A DNA stretch of 64,000 bases. It comes from Rotaria socialis (Eukaryota). Under the pieces are notes generated by a model, which was given only the letters and a program-made list of their open reading frames with translations, ran no database searches and was not told the DNA's origin. Each line of letters starts with the position of its first letter. The first letter of the stretch is position 1. A program made the position numbers and the translations under genes. Below, piece by piece: positions 26,198 to 38,475 of this stretch. Where the stretch lies: positions 372,001 to 436,000 of the forward strand of contig CAJNYD010000012.1 in NCBI GenBank assembly GCA_905331295.1, written 5' to 3'.

Positions 26198-26503
26198 CCC
26201 AAGACGATGTTTCCGGCCTCCGGAAATGAGCGGATTTCATTGGAACCGGCCAGCAACATACTGGAAACGCACCGGAACGTGTAGGAAAACGCCGGATATC
26301 ATCAGACCCTGGAAGCAGGATTCCGGGACGGATTTTTCCGGATTTTCCCGGTGATTTCCGATGATTCCTGGCTGTAACCAACAGGAACTTGGCGGAATTC
26401 ACAGGAAAAATCCGTATATTTCCCGATCCGGAATACTGCTTCCGTGAAATCGCGGGAATGCGCGGGAACCGGCCGTTTCCCGGGCCGGTTGCTTCGACCT
26501 GGG
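26198..26503. mobile_element. GC-rich MITE-like element with CCCA(A/G)G...CCTGGG termini
   Basis: Termini cccaagacga / tcgacctggg. Internal motifs (ccggaatactgcttcc, cacaggaaaaa) are shared with 43868-44349. Confidence 0.75.
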
Positions 26504-27875
26504 TGTTTCTCTTTTTTTTATGATAGTCGTTGCTGATAAATTAAAATCGTAGTATTATAAGTATCGATGCATTCATTCATAAAGATATCGTCTTACAATT
26601 GATCATGTAACATTTGAAGATCTGCACAGATGTCTATTTTTGTAGTTTACAATACTAGTTGACTAATTAACAATTTCTGATTTTAATTGCTAATATAAAA
26701 TGACAGCGACAATGATGAAACATGAGTACATAGAGCATACTTTTAATTTCCTCAACAAGTTCCCAATGGTCCAAGCACTGAAACGTTCAGAAGAAATTGA
26801 GTAATCGAATATATTCCAATGCAATTGATAAAAATTGTTCAGTTTATTGTAACTACCTAGATGTATAGACACAATCAAAAAATCGTATGCATTTGTATCT
26901 GTATTATTTTTATTTAGATATATGTATCTTTTCAATTTGTTGCCTTATTTTTAGGATACTAATATTCTACATTTTTTATTTTTTTTATCTTTTTATTTTT
27001 TTCATGGATCATTTAGTTCAAAAATATAATTAGTATCATTAGTAAAGAATCAGAAGAAAAATAGACGATTTAGTCTGACTCAAATTATTCTATTCATTAA
27101 ACAAGCTATTCTTACGGCTTCTCAGTACATTCCTATTAATGAGTTTCAGATAAAAAATAACAAATACAAAGCAACTTATGTTTTTTTTAATCAATGATAC
27201 TTCAGATGAATGAAAATAGTATTTGAAATTTCTGAACATTTCGACATTAAAAAGAGTAAGAGAATTCATAACGTATGTCTGCTAAAGTCTTTTTCTCTAA
27301 TAACGATCGGTATGATTATTATGTATTCATATTCAATTTATATAATTTTAACATTTTCGGAAAGAAAATACTTTTATCGTTTATAATCATGATCAGTTTT
27401 GAGATGATAAGCTTCGAATAAAAACTAAATACATATTTATATGTTTGCTTGATTGCAATTTCTGCAGTAAAAATTACAAAATTGTTTTTTTAAAAGAAAT
27501 TACTCTGTAAATTGGTGTCATTGTTAGTTTTTGAGTTCCTTACAAAATCAAAGATATAACTAGCTGTAGGGAAAAATAGCTCATCCAACGCTTATTGTAA
27601 TGTTAACTTTTGTATTCCACTATTGATTTAACGTTTATTGAAATTCATATATATAGATTAATATGTTTTCACATAAGATTACTGTGAAGAATTTTGAATT
27701 CTTGCATTAATTTTATTTTTAAAATTATTTCGACAGAAAATCGTTAGCCGATGTTTGGTTTTCACTAAAAAAAAGTATTAAAATCATTGAAAGTTTCCCA
27801 TTAGAATTCATATGTTTAATAAGAAACAAACAAATGATCTTCTTACACATACACTGTCTTACAAATGTTCAACAA

Positions 27876-28819
27876 TTACGAACGATATGTTTGTTTTAAT
27901 ACAGTAAATATATACACATTAGTGAAATTTTGTATAAAGCTAATTAAATATTTAACTAGATCATCTTTGAGTCCAATTTTTAATGGTTTTGTAAATGTTG
28001 AATCAAGATTATAATAAATTTCATTCAGATTTTTAATTGTAAACCAATGAGCACCATTTAAATTAATCAATAAACCAAAATAAGAATCCCATGGAAGATT
28101 TTGAAGTGGTTCACCATTATAAAAATTTATTTGCCGAACAAGATGTCCACATCGATTGATAGCTTCGATTAATATCCGTAAATCGTAATCACCTATCCAT
28201 AGGATTCCATAATCATTATTGTTGTGTCTGTTATCAAATTCGCGTACAATACCGTCGAGATGTTTATGAGTAAATAAATGTGGAATTTGAAAAAGATTAT
28301 TTAATGAATGAATACCACATCGAAGTAATTCTTGTTTTTCATGATAAATCTCCTTAAGAAAAAATATTTTATGTTAGATATTGTCTTCATTATTAATAAA
28401 AAGTCGGCACTGCTTACGGTGAAACTTTAATTTAAAAAAAAAGGAAAATGTTTTTTTTTTGTTTTTCTAACAAAATATTACAAAAATTGATTTGTCTGTA
28501 ATCCAAAAAGGATATGGTATTTTTGAAATGTGCGAATTTTTTCGAAATTCTTACCTCATTTTTAGATTTGTCTTTCGATGATTTTTCTTGAAGTTTTTGA
28601 GTTTGTGGAATTTGTTGATAATGCTGCCTATGTGTCCCATTTTTTCTTGCTAATTCATCAGTATCACCGAATCGTTGTAACAGTCCAGCAAAGTAATGAT
28701 CATAATCTTCAGTGAATTGTTGTTGTTCGACTCTTTTCGTATAAAAACTACCTAAGTCTTAATTAGAAAGTCGTTCATACATTGCTAGTAGAATTAACAT
28801 ACGAAATATGATAGAACAT
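27876..28819 (-). CDS. Josephin-domain deubiquitinase (JOSD-like); core exon 28352-27876, upstream exon ~28747-28555, start codon uncertain
   Basis: EIYHEKQELLRCGIHSLNNLFQ, GDYDLRILIEA, HWFTIK, YYNLDS give an intact Cys-His-Asp triad. Confidence 0.88.
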
Positions 28820-29167
28820 TTATTTTCCTTTTAAAATGATGGATTCTTCAATAAAAATTATTTCTAGTTTGTGCACTAGTATTTATTCGTTGTCAATCAA
28901 TTTTAATGATAAAATGCTTTAATTTTTAACATCTTTCAGTCAGGATAAAAAACAACGACAAATATGAATAGTGAAATCAATCATGTGTCATGTAAATCCT
29001 TAAAAAACAGGCTTCTTTTTCACATATACAGCACGATTCAACTAGTTTTACTCATCTTGGAATGTCATTCGTGCTTCGCAGAAAAGAAAGAAAAAGTGTG
29101 TGACTATATCATCTGATAGGGGTGATCGTTCTCTATCTCTTCATATGTCCAATCTCTGTTTAAAATA

Positions 29168-29652
29168 ATGCCTCGAAAAAAAATTGATGATATTCTTGAG
29201 GGACGTATTTTGGATCTTTTGCAGCTGAAATACTTCCAACGATAAATAGTTAAAATTTTGGCAAACGATGAAATCGGTGTATCTCAAAGAACTATATTTA
29301 ATGTTAAACAAAAGTTTGCCCGTCAACGTAATTCCCTTGAAAAAATTATATTTTCTCGAAAACGACCAGTATCTACATCATCAACTATATCAAAAGTAAT
29401 TCAAACATTTGATGTCAATGATCCTTCTACTCAACGCTCTATTGCCAAATCTTATCATATTAGCCAATCAACTGTCTCAAGAATTTTAAAATTGGGCAAC
29501 TTTACTCTTCGGAAAAAATAAAAGTCCATAAATTAGCATCATCGAATGTCGAAAAACGTCGTCAACGTGCACGCCGACTTTATCGACAATTAGCCAATAG
29601 TTGTTACAAAAAATTCATAACAACCGATGAATCTTGGTTTTACTCAGATGAA
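29168..29652 (+). pseudogene. Tc1/mariner transposase 5' remnant
   Basis: HTH-like TQRSIAKSYHISQSTVSRIL, then KVHKL...KRRQRARRLY...KFITTDESWF (first catalytic Asp motif). Contains in-frame stops and is truncated after it. Confidence 0.85.
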
Positions 29653-29654
29653 TG

Positions 29655-29980
29655 AATCCAATACCGAATCCGATCGGATCTTATAAAACTCGACGAGCCG
29701 ACAAAGCCCCATGGAATTCCGTGTTGAGCAACTACTAACAAATCTCTAGTGTTGGAATGCGGTAAACATCCGACCAAATCCTACAACCGAAATCGATAGG
29801 AATTTCAGGAGTTGGATTCCAACGAAGTTCCTAAAGAAACCTATCGGGTTTTGACTGGTTCCTGCAAGAATCGATCGGATTCCAACACTAGGGATCCGTG
29901 AGTGGGTCCACAACCCGGATTTACTTAGAATTCTGCAACAACCGATCAAAATCCCATCAGATGTCTAGTTCGAATTCGAA
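29655..29980. repeat. Degenerate MITE-like sequence interrupting the Tc1 remnant
   Basis: GC-richer, with repeated (g)atcggattcc motifs and an inner inverted repeat ctagtgttggaat / attccaacactag. Confidence 0.5.
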
Positions 29981-30059
29981 TATAAATGGACACCCAACTG
30001 CATGGCATCAATTCGAAAATAAGTGATAGAAATAGATTTAGTTTTATATTTAATTCAAG

Positions 30060-30365
30060 ATGGAGTTGGTGCGGGTTGAGGGGAACTAAGTGGTAACTGT
30101 GGGTGATGGTACGAGTGAGGTGGTTGGTAGGCGGGGTACTCGAAAAGGGTGCGGGTACCCAGTGTACTTTAAATGTGGCTGTGGCTGAGGGGTACCCGGG
30201 TACTTTAAATGTGGTTGTGGGTGATGGATACCATGGAGGAGTATTCAAATGTGGGTGTGAGTGAAGGGCACCCGGGAGGGGTGCAGGGGTTATCTGGGAT
30301 ACTTCAAATGGGAGTGTGGGTGATGGATAGCAATGAGGAGTGCTCAAATGTGTATGCGGATTGAA
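30060..30365 (+). repeat. G-rich degenerate ~36-bp tandem repeat
   Basis: Recurring tact(t/c)aaatgtgg(g/t)tgtgggtgatgg(g/a)tacc units with strong G-strand skew. Confidence 0.75.
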
Positions 30366-30456
30366 TGCAATGTATGTGAAAATGGAAGGAGCAGTAATAA
30401 TATACTGTGCGTTATAATACATAGAAATATATGAGGCAGTTCAAATCATTACCCTT

Positions 30457-30898
30457 CTATTTCAATATTCTATTTTTATCGTGGTCTGTAGTCTCATACT
30501 TGTAAAAATACAATATTTTCCTTAGTTTTCCATCGTCTTACTTGGATGTTGGGTATTTGCAGATTCACGCCTATTTTCAACGCTTTTTTCATTTGAATTT
30601 TGACTGGATTTATTCTTAAATTCTTTTCCTTTGTAAAAATCTTCTAAAATATTCTTTTGAAAAAGAAAATAATAAAAAAACTAAAAGCTAAAGACAAAAT
30701 TTAATTCTACCTGAAGTTTCCAATTATATTGATTAAGAAAATGAAGACAATCTTCAAAATTCATTCCTGTAATTTCCTAGGTGATGCAAGAAAAAATTCA
30801 TCATGTTTCACTTTATTGGAAAACAAATTTACATGAAAAATGTTAAGAATACTGTCGCGTGATTGTGTTTTGGGTGATGCTGATAATGACGCCGACAT
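30457..30898 (-). CDS. Small (~90 aa) spliced protein with N-terminal UBA-like (UBA_4/FAF1-type) helix bundle; possibly a truncated gene
   Basis: Spliced read SRDSILNIFH|EITGMNFEDCLHFLNQYNWKLQ|NILEDFY fits the F..ITG.....A...L....W.L..A...FY pattern, with short GT-AG introns. Confidence 0.55.
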
Positions 30899-33800
30899 TT
30901 TGTTTTCGTAAACAACTGATTGACTGACTTCTATATGGTTGGTTTTAGTAAATAGAAAGAAAAAAAAACAGAACAACGCGGTAGAAGAAAACTAAGATAA
31001 ACAATTGCTTTTTCTTTTCATTCTGTTTCTTACTTTCAAATCTGCTATCCTGTACTTCTTCCCTCGAACATTCTACCTAGAAAACTATAGATGTTGGTCG
31101 AAGAAAATGTAGTAAAGAGTGTGAGAAAATCGAAAACAATAAATCTTACGAGAATTCAAAGATGATCAAATAATGCACAGTCATTTGTGTCTACTATTAA
31201 AGTTCGGGTTTTTTTTTCAAAAGTCAAGTACATAACACAGAACTTATACGTAATGCATAGAAAAAGTAAAAAATTAATTTTCAATGGATTCCATCAAATA
31301 AAAAAAATTGCATTTTGTCATGTGTTTTATTATCAAAAGACTTTTTAAATTCTTTCCTTGTAACAAAAAATAAAATTGTCATGTTCAGTACAAAAATATA
31401 GATCTCTTAAAATCATCAAGCTGCATCGATATTTTAATTTATGAATAAGAGTACAATTAAGTTCGATTTCGTTTAGAAATAATATCAGGGCACAATAATA
31501 CCTTTGATTTGATCTACTAAAAATATTTGATATTTTTAACTTTTATAATATGAGCGATAATATAAATTTCGTGGAGAAATGACTACATTTGATCAATCTA
31601 GATCTTTCAGATATTCACATTTCACAAAGAGAAGGAAATAACTCAGCTATTATTACACAATTCACATCTAATCGTTCACGTAAGAATTGATTGCGGTGAC
31701 ATCAACATCAACAACAATAAAAATTAGACAAATATTCAAAGTCTCAAATATACTAGAAAAATAAAATAATCTATGATGAGCTTTAAATCCATAACTTGTC
31801 TCTGTATATAAAAACAATATGCCAAGTTATTTCTACATAAACTTATTGTAAGAAAATCTCTAGAAAAATCATGTTTAGCTGTTCAGATAAATAAATTATA
31901 CTTCATTTCAGCAGGAAAACTCTAGATCATGATAGAAACTTAGTATAGAAATTCGATAGTCAATTTTCTGAATTTTCATTCAAACTCTTAATCATGATAT
32001 CAATGTAAATTAATTCTTTCAAAAAAGCATTATTCAAAGTATTAGACTTTCAGTGATGGTAGTATGATGCATAATAAACTTAGTTTCATCAAAATTTCAT
32101 TGAACAGAAGTTTAATATATACTGATGCAATGATAAATTTCTTTTTGATGTACTCAAAACCATCTCGATATCTTTACACATATGATACAGGATATCCTAG
32201 AAAATAAAGCATTAGAAAAACAAAAATGAAATTGATTTGAAGCACCGCTATCAAGACATTCTTTGGATAGAATTCGATTAAACATATTTTCTATATGAAA
32301 TGTTTAACGATGGATTTTCAAAGCATTTTCTCTCAAAAGCTAGAAACAAAAAGTGAAACAGAAACTTCTGTGTGTCGTATAAAAAGTATACTTTTTCAAA
32401 GCGACGGTAGTTTTCGAACTTAAAGTTTCTTTTTAATATTAACCAACCGCATTGATCTAGTGCAGTTGTTTGCTAATATATGAATCTTTTGCTAATAAAT
32501 TATTGTAGAAACCAATTTTTAGTTTCACTTTTCAAGTGAGTAGCTTAATGTATCTATTCTTACTGTTCATTTTTACTCGAATACACACTCAATTGATCAT
32601 AAGTCTGAATGGTTTTATGTTTCACTCAATAAAATCGACTTTATCAATGAGAAAAAGAACCTAAAAGTATGTGATCTTGTACTTTTTCATATAGATTACT
32701 AGACATATATTAATAGGGACTGTTTGCTATTCGTTACTTTGTGTAAAAGAATCTGCTTTATAGACAGATAGCCGACGCTATTTAGATATTCGGAAAATTT
32801 CGGTTTCATACAATAAAATACGAATAAAATTAATAATTAAATATAGCTCTTGCATTTATCACTCACAGAGAAAATACTATGTCAGCTAATTAAATCGTAG
32901 TCACACAATCATGCAGCTTCATTTTTCCAACGCGGCAAAGAAAAATGATAAAATAAGAGAGTGAGAGAGTACAACGAGAAATTCGCACAAAATTAGAAGC
33001 AAGACAGTTGATACCACACTGTGCCGTCGCCTCTCCGTTCCCCTCTCCGCTATATTTAATATATGATTTGAAAGAGCTATGATTCCACTCGATAAAGATG
33101 TAAAAAAGATATGCATGATCACATTGATGTGTTTTCATAACTATATATTCATACATAGTACTTGATTATTTGTCGAGATAACAGTCATATGTTAAGAATT
33201 TACTATAGTTATATAAGTTGAAAAAAGTATTTTAGTTATCAATCGATAATTATAAGCACTACCAAATCTAATACTAAATTCGATCCTGTAAAAATTATTC
33301 CAAATGGGGTCTATAACTTACAAGTTAATTAGAAGAAATCATTGCTATCATAACTTATTCTGATAGGAAATGAAAAAAAAATAGAAATATATATTATCTT
33401 AATTAATTACAACACTCAACTCATTATAGTATTGCGAAAGTCCTTCAATGAACATTGGAATTCAAATCAAATTTTATTGATTGATAAGCATACAATAAAT
33501 TATTACAGAAAAAACGTTATACCAATACAATCAATAACTTAGAATTGAATAAGAATGGTTGATATAATTGATTCAAATTTTTTTACAGCTTAAACAATAA
33601 TCCTACCATCCTTGAGAAATGATGCATTGATACTCACATGAACCAATAGTAAACTAATTCAATAAAACAATAGAATGTGACATTCATCTAGGTTTCTTCA
33701 ATCAATGAAAAGACAGATTGATTGATTCCATCAGAGTAGTATATTGTACTTCTATACTGATGTTCAAAAGAATAAAGCTGTTTCTTGTTCTCGATATGTA

Positions 33801-36800
33801 TTCAACAATTGAATGTTGATCACTGAATAACTTTTTTTTTATATCGATTTCCAAGATAATATACTTTCGTTCTTATTCTTGTATATCATATTACTTACGA
33901 TAAAAGAACATCGAGATATTAAAAAGAAATGTTTTTTTAAATCATCAATTCTTACGTTATTTAAAGAATAGAATATGACTTATTCCATATTTCGGCATTC
34001 AAAGTTCACTTTTCCACTGTATATGACTAATCCAATATGGCATGATAACTAAAATTAAATTTCAATGTAATGTTGTTTTCTAGGTAAACTGAACAATATT
34101 GTTATCATCATTCTTAGATGTCAAACGACGCAAAGTGATCTCATAGATCTCAGTGAGTACGATTAGTAACCACTTTACTTTCATACTTTTGTTATTGTAT
34201 ATTACACCACAATAATAGTATGCGAGATTATTTCAGTCATACATAAGAATAATTAAAATATTTGATAATCACAGAAGAAGAAGAAGAAGAAAAGAAATGA
34301 ATATGTTTACAAAAATAATCATAAACTTATGAGATCCATAGAATCAAGATAGTTGAAGTAACGAAATCATTACACAGGGAGACTACAACTCTTTTGAAGG
34401 AAGCATATCTTGCCATGTTTTCTTTTTCATCAAAAATATTTTTGTTTGCACAAATTCAGTTATAATGTTTTTTTTGAATGTGTTACTAATTCTACGTATA
34501 TATTTTTGTCGATATAGGCTCACACAAAACAAAAAGAGAAAAGAAAAAACATGTTATGTATCCAATTTCACATCGATACAGAAACACATCTGTCTTCTTT
34601 TGTTCGAATGCATGAGACGTTTTCAAGCTAACTACACAGCAGTGAATGGGTATAGCTATGATCGTTATTTGATAATAGAATAAGATTATATTATAGCTAC
34701 TATCACTATCAACTTAGGTAATTGAAACATAGTTTTTGTACAAAGGAACATAAGCATTTCTTTCCAGAAACAAAACGCGAGTCTTTTGAAAATTTATCTA
34801 AAGTAATTCATTTTTTAAAAAATCCTATTATTCTTTTCTTGTTTTTATCATTGTCATCGGAATCTCTCATTACTATAATAGAATACGAGCAAGACTAGTC
34901 ATATTAACAAAGAATCATTTTCGTTTTCATGATTAAAAGAAATTCTGAGTGAAGCGATGATATGTCAATCAAGTAAAATTTAATCTAAAACATTTGAATT
35001 GATTATCAACGAAGAAAATAAAAGTTAATACAATCTTTCTTTTTCCTCATAAAACATCGTGTTTCTTTCAATGACAATGCAATTCACAGATCTTCGATAT
35101 TCGATTGGCATTTATTAAAAGACTATAACGTCACTTCACCTGAATAAAAGTAAGCTGATAAAAAAAAAAGTCACAGCTTTTTTTTGGATTTAATTCGTTT
35201 ACACAATATAAAAATTAGACTGTTTGCCTTCAGTGTTGACTACAGATGGAATTAATTAGCACTCAAGTAAGAGCAAACACCTCGATTGGTGAAAAAAGAC
35301 GAGACAAGTGTCAGCTGCTGTTCTTGAATAGAAGACGCATGACATCGGAATCGGAAGTATGCCATTGCGCTTATCGCTTCTGTTTGTTCATGTCACCATT
35401 TAATGATTGGCTCGTTTAACGACAACGTCCAATGAAAAGAAGAGAAGAGAAAAAATAATGAACATTTGATGCTAGTCGCCGATATAAACCCCTCAAGGCA
35501 GAAAAAGAAAGACAAGGAAGAAGTTCAATTAGAGCTTTGTACTAATCCTTGAAACATGCGTGTGTCACGAAAGTCTATTACACTCATTGATCACAAACGA
35601 AAGCAGTGATCATCTTTTTTTCTTGCTTCGATAACAAATCTCTTCGTTAGTGATGAAAAATATGCTAAGAAAAGTCAATTCATTGAAGTTAAAGTAATGA
35701 AAAAAAGATTTTTGTTGATATTGAGCAATCTTATTTTTTAGAAAGAAGATTATCGTAATAGCAGTGAGGGATTGGTCTAGCTGGTTTATCTTCAAGCTCA
35801 ATTAGATATGTATGATCGGCAAATATACAATGTCTTTGATCGTTTTCCGTAACAAAAGCAAACTCATTTATTCATTCTATCACATTGTATTAATGTCGAC
35901 AATAACGATAACAGAGAACACCTTCTAGTGTGAATATATTCTCAAAGGAGTATGCTGTCAACATAGCGTTTCATTGGTTCAATACAAACGAGATGTCTAG
36001 GCCACATGGTGATTGGCACGCATACATGCCGTGCGACTAAGATACAATCTTCATGCGATGATTGCACTGCATTCGCTTCAATAGACCCACTTAATAGTGA
36101 AATGATGTGAAAGTGAAATAAAAAAAAAGACATTGAAACGACTTCGTCAATTGAATGGATATTCATCTATGTCACATAAAACTAACAAGAAAAGTCATTT
36201 ATCAATATCTCTAGAGGCATATATACATGTACTAACTATTTGATGCCTGTTGCCGTTTTTGTTTGAAATATTCTTGCATTTTAACATTGAGAAAAAAAAG
36301 ATCTGATATCATGAAGAAACTACTTGGGAAAAATAGCATTTATATTTGATAGACATCTTGTATTTCGCATGAATTGAGAAAAAACAGACATGATCGCCTT
36401 GAGCTATTTTTTGCTAGTAAATCAAATCAATGGTATCATTAGAATAATACTAATACATTGTCTGGTATTGTGACTTAGGATTCATCACGAGAAGTAAAAC
36501 TCAAAGACAATTCAATTAATTTTATCTTTAATAGTACATCAGACCACTGAATGGGAATTTATTTTTTTGTTAACTTCCTTTTTATTCATACAGATGAACA
36601 GCATGAAAGAATCTCTCTCTCTTTCTCTCTGTCCGTACCATGTAATTAACATTTATATGAGATGCACATTAATTTTTCTTTTTCAATCATCCGTTGCTTC
36701 ACACTATTCTGTGATTCGATTTTTCTAGATTGATAGACAAGAGAAAAGATAAAAGTGTGATCATCGTTCTTATACATGAAAAAAACAGAAAAAAAATAAC

Positions 36801-37418
36801 GGCGAATAGGAAACATCATCTGTTGCACACTGACATCATTAGTCATTTCCTTCGGCCAAAGGCCAGAAAAAAAATAAAAAACTTATTCGTTGTCATCACT
36901 CGCTCTTTCTCTGTTCTGTCTCACTATAGACCTAATCAAATATGCGAATATAGAGTTGTTTCTTTCTTTCTTTTTTTTTTTTCATTCTTTTCTCTTCTTT
37001 TTCTCCTCGTCTCATTACTCAGTTGAATGTACAAGACGGGTCGAGACCAAGCGGGCACACACATATATATATATGTGTATATGTATGTATTCGACGAAAC
37101 GAGAGTAAACAGGAGAGGACAGGACAGACAGACAGACCATCATCGCTAAAATAATGGTAGTTGTTTTATTGGATAAAACAAGTAGAGAATTGAGTTTTCA
37201 TTGGACATCGATCTAATCTTTCATTTTTAGTTTTGTTTCTATCTCTCGCTCACTTGAGAAGAAAAAGAAAGGGCAAAAAGGAAGAAAGAGAAGCGAACGC
37301 ACATGCGTACACACACAGACACATGCATTGCATTCATCATTCTTTTCTTTTTCTCTACTGACAAACACACACGCATACACACGTTCTCTCTCGTTCTTCC
37401 CTGACAGGACAACAAGTT

Positions 37419-38475
37419 ATGAAGAATCGACGCGGAAAACCTCACAAAAGTAAGACATTCTTATCTATTATTAGTAACATTGATTCCATCTGTTTTGTAT
37501 TTTATAGAAAATACGAAAAATGAGGATAACGTTTATATAGAATTAGATACAAAATGCAGGTATATGAAATATTATTTTTATTTCTATCACACAACAAAAA
37601 AAGAATTCTCTTCTAGTTGCCCTCAATTATCTGTTAGTAGTGATCATGCATCTATTCAAGTATGATCTTTGCTTGTTTTTTTACTGGTTTTTACTTATTC
37701 AATATTCTTTTGTAGTTTACTCGTCGTTATCTTGAATGTCAAGGATCAATGCCTATTCGTATTCTTCGTTCATATATTGAAAAAGTCTTACCACATTCAC
37801 CGATGACACAGGTAAAACGAAAGAGACGAATTTAATTTTGAAATATTCAATCCAAATATTGATGATCATTTTTTGTTTTGTTAGGTATCAATCTATGATT
37901 CAAATGATCAAATATTGGATGATACTATCCGCCTAAAAGATCTTTCATTATCATCATCGTATATTCCTCTTCGTTTTACAATGATGAATACTGTAACATC
38001 ATTTGGTCATTGTTTATGTTCATCACCATCATCACCTGTAAAAAGCTGTTCATCATTTTCTCCAACAATAATCCGACGTGAAACAATCAACCGAACATTA
38101 TCAACATGTCCATTAGTACCAACACCCCCTCATTCGCCATCTTCATCAACATCCATATCACCAATTGTATCAAAAAGTTCAATGCCTATTGTCAACCTGT
38201 TAACTCCCCCATCGCCACCACATTATTCATCATTTTTAATTGATAATATTGTAGAATCGAATTGCAATGATCAATCAATAATTGATAAAATAACATCAGA
38301 ATTTGGTGAAATATGTCCTTCGTTACCGTCAGTAAAGGCCAAACGTCAACGAATATTTAAAAAAATGAGTCCAAAATCATTATCGTCAGATATTCCACTT
38401 GATCTTTCTGTAAAAAAACGTCCGTCATCGTTCGATTTGTTTTCTACACAATCGAAATGGTTAAAAATGATCTAG
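37419..38475 (+). CDS. RAWUL-domain (PCGF/Bmi1 C-terminal-like) protein without a visible RING, S/P-rich tail; exons ~37419-37449, 37508-37559, 37617-37659, 37716-37811, 37885-38475
   Basis: VYIELD...RRYLECQGSMPIRILRSYIEKVLPHSPMTQVSIYDSNDQILDDTIRLKDL...IPLRF resembles the RAWUL pattern RYLRC...HL.K.....L.D...L.D.......PL.L.Y. Tail carries FLIDNIV and PLDLS. Confidence 0.75.

Noticed and set aside
26052..26402. 116-aa ORF, and similar ORFs at 43761-44341 and 59860-60045
   Set aside because: They lie within MITE sequence and show no protein-family signal.
31600..34160. Scattered AG/GT-bounded segments that might be RING exons for the RAWUL gene
   Set aside because: No Cys/His RING pattern and no consistent open spliced frame found.
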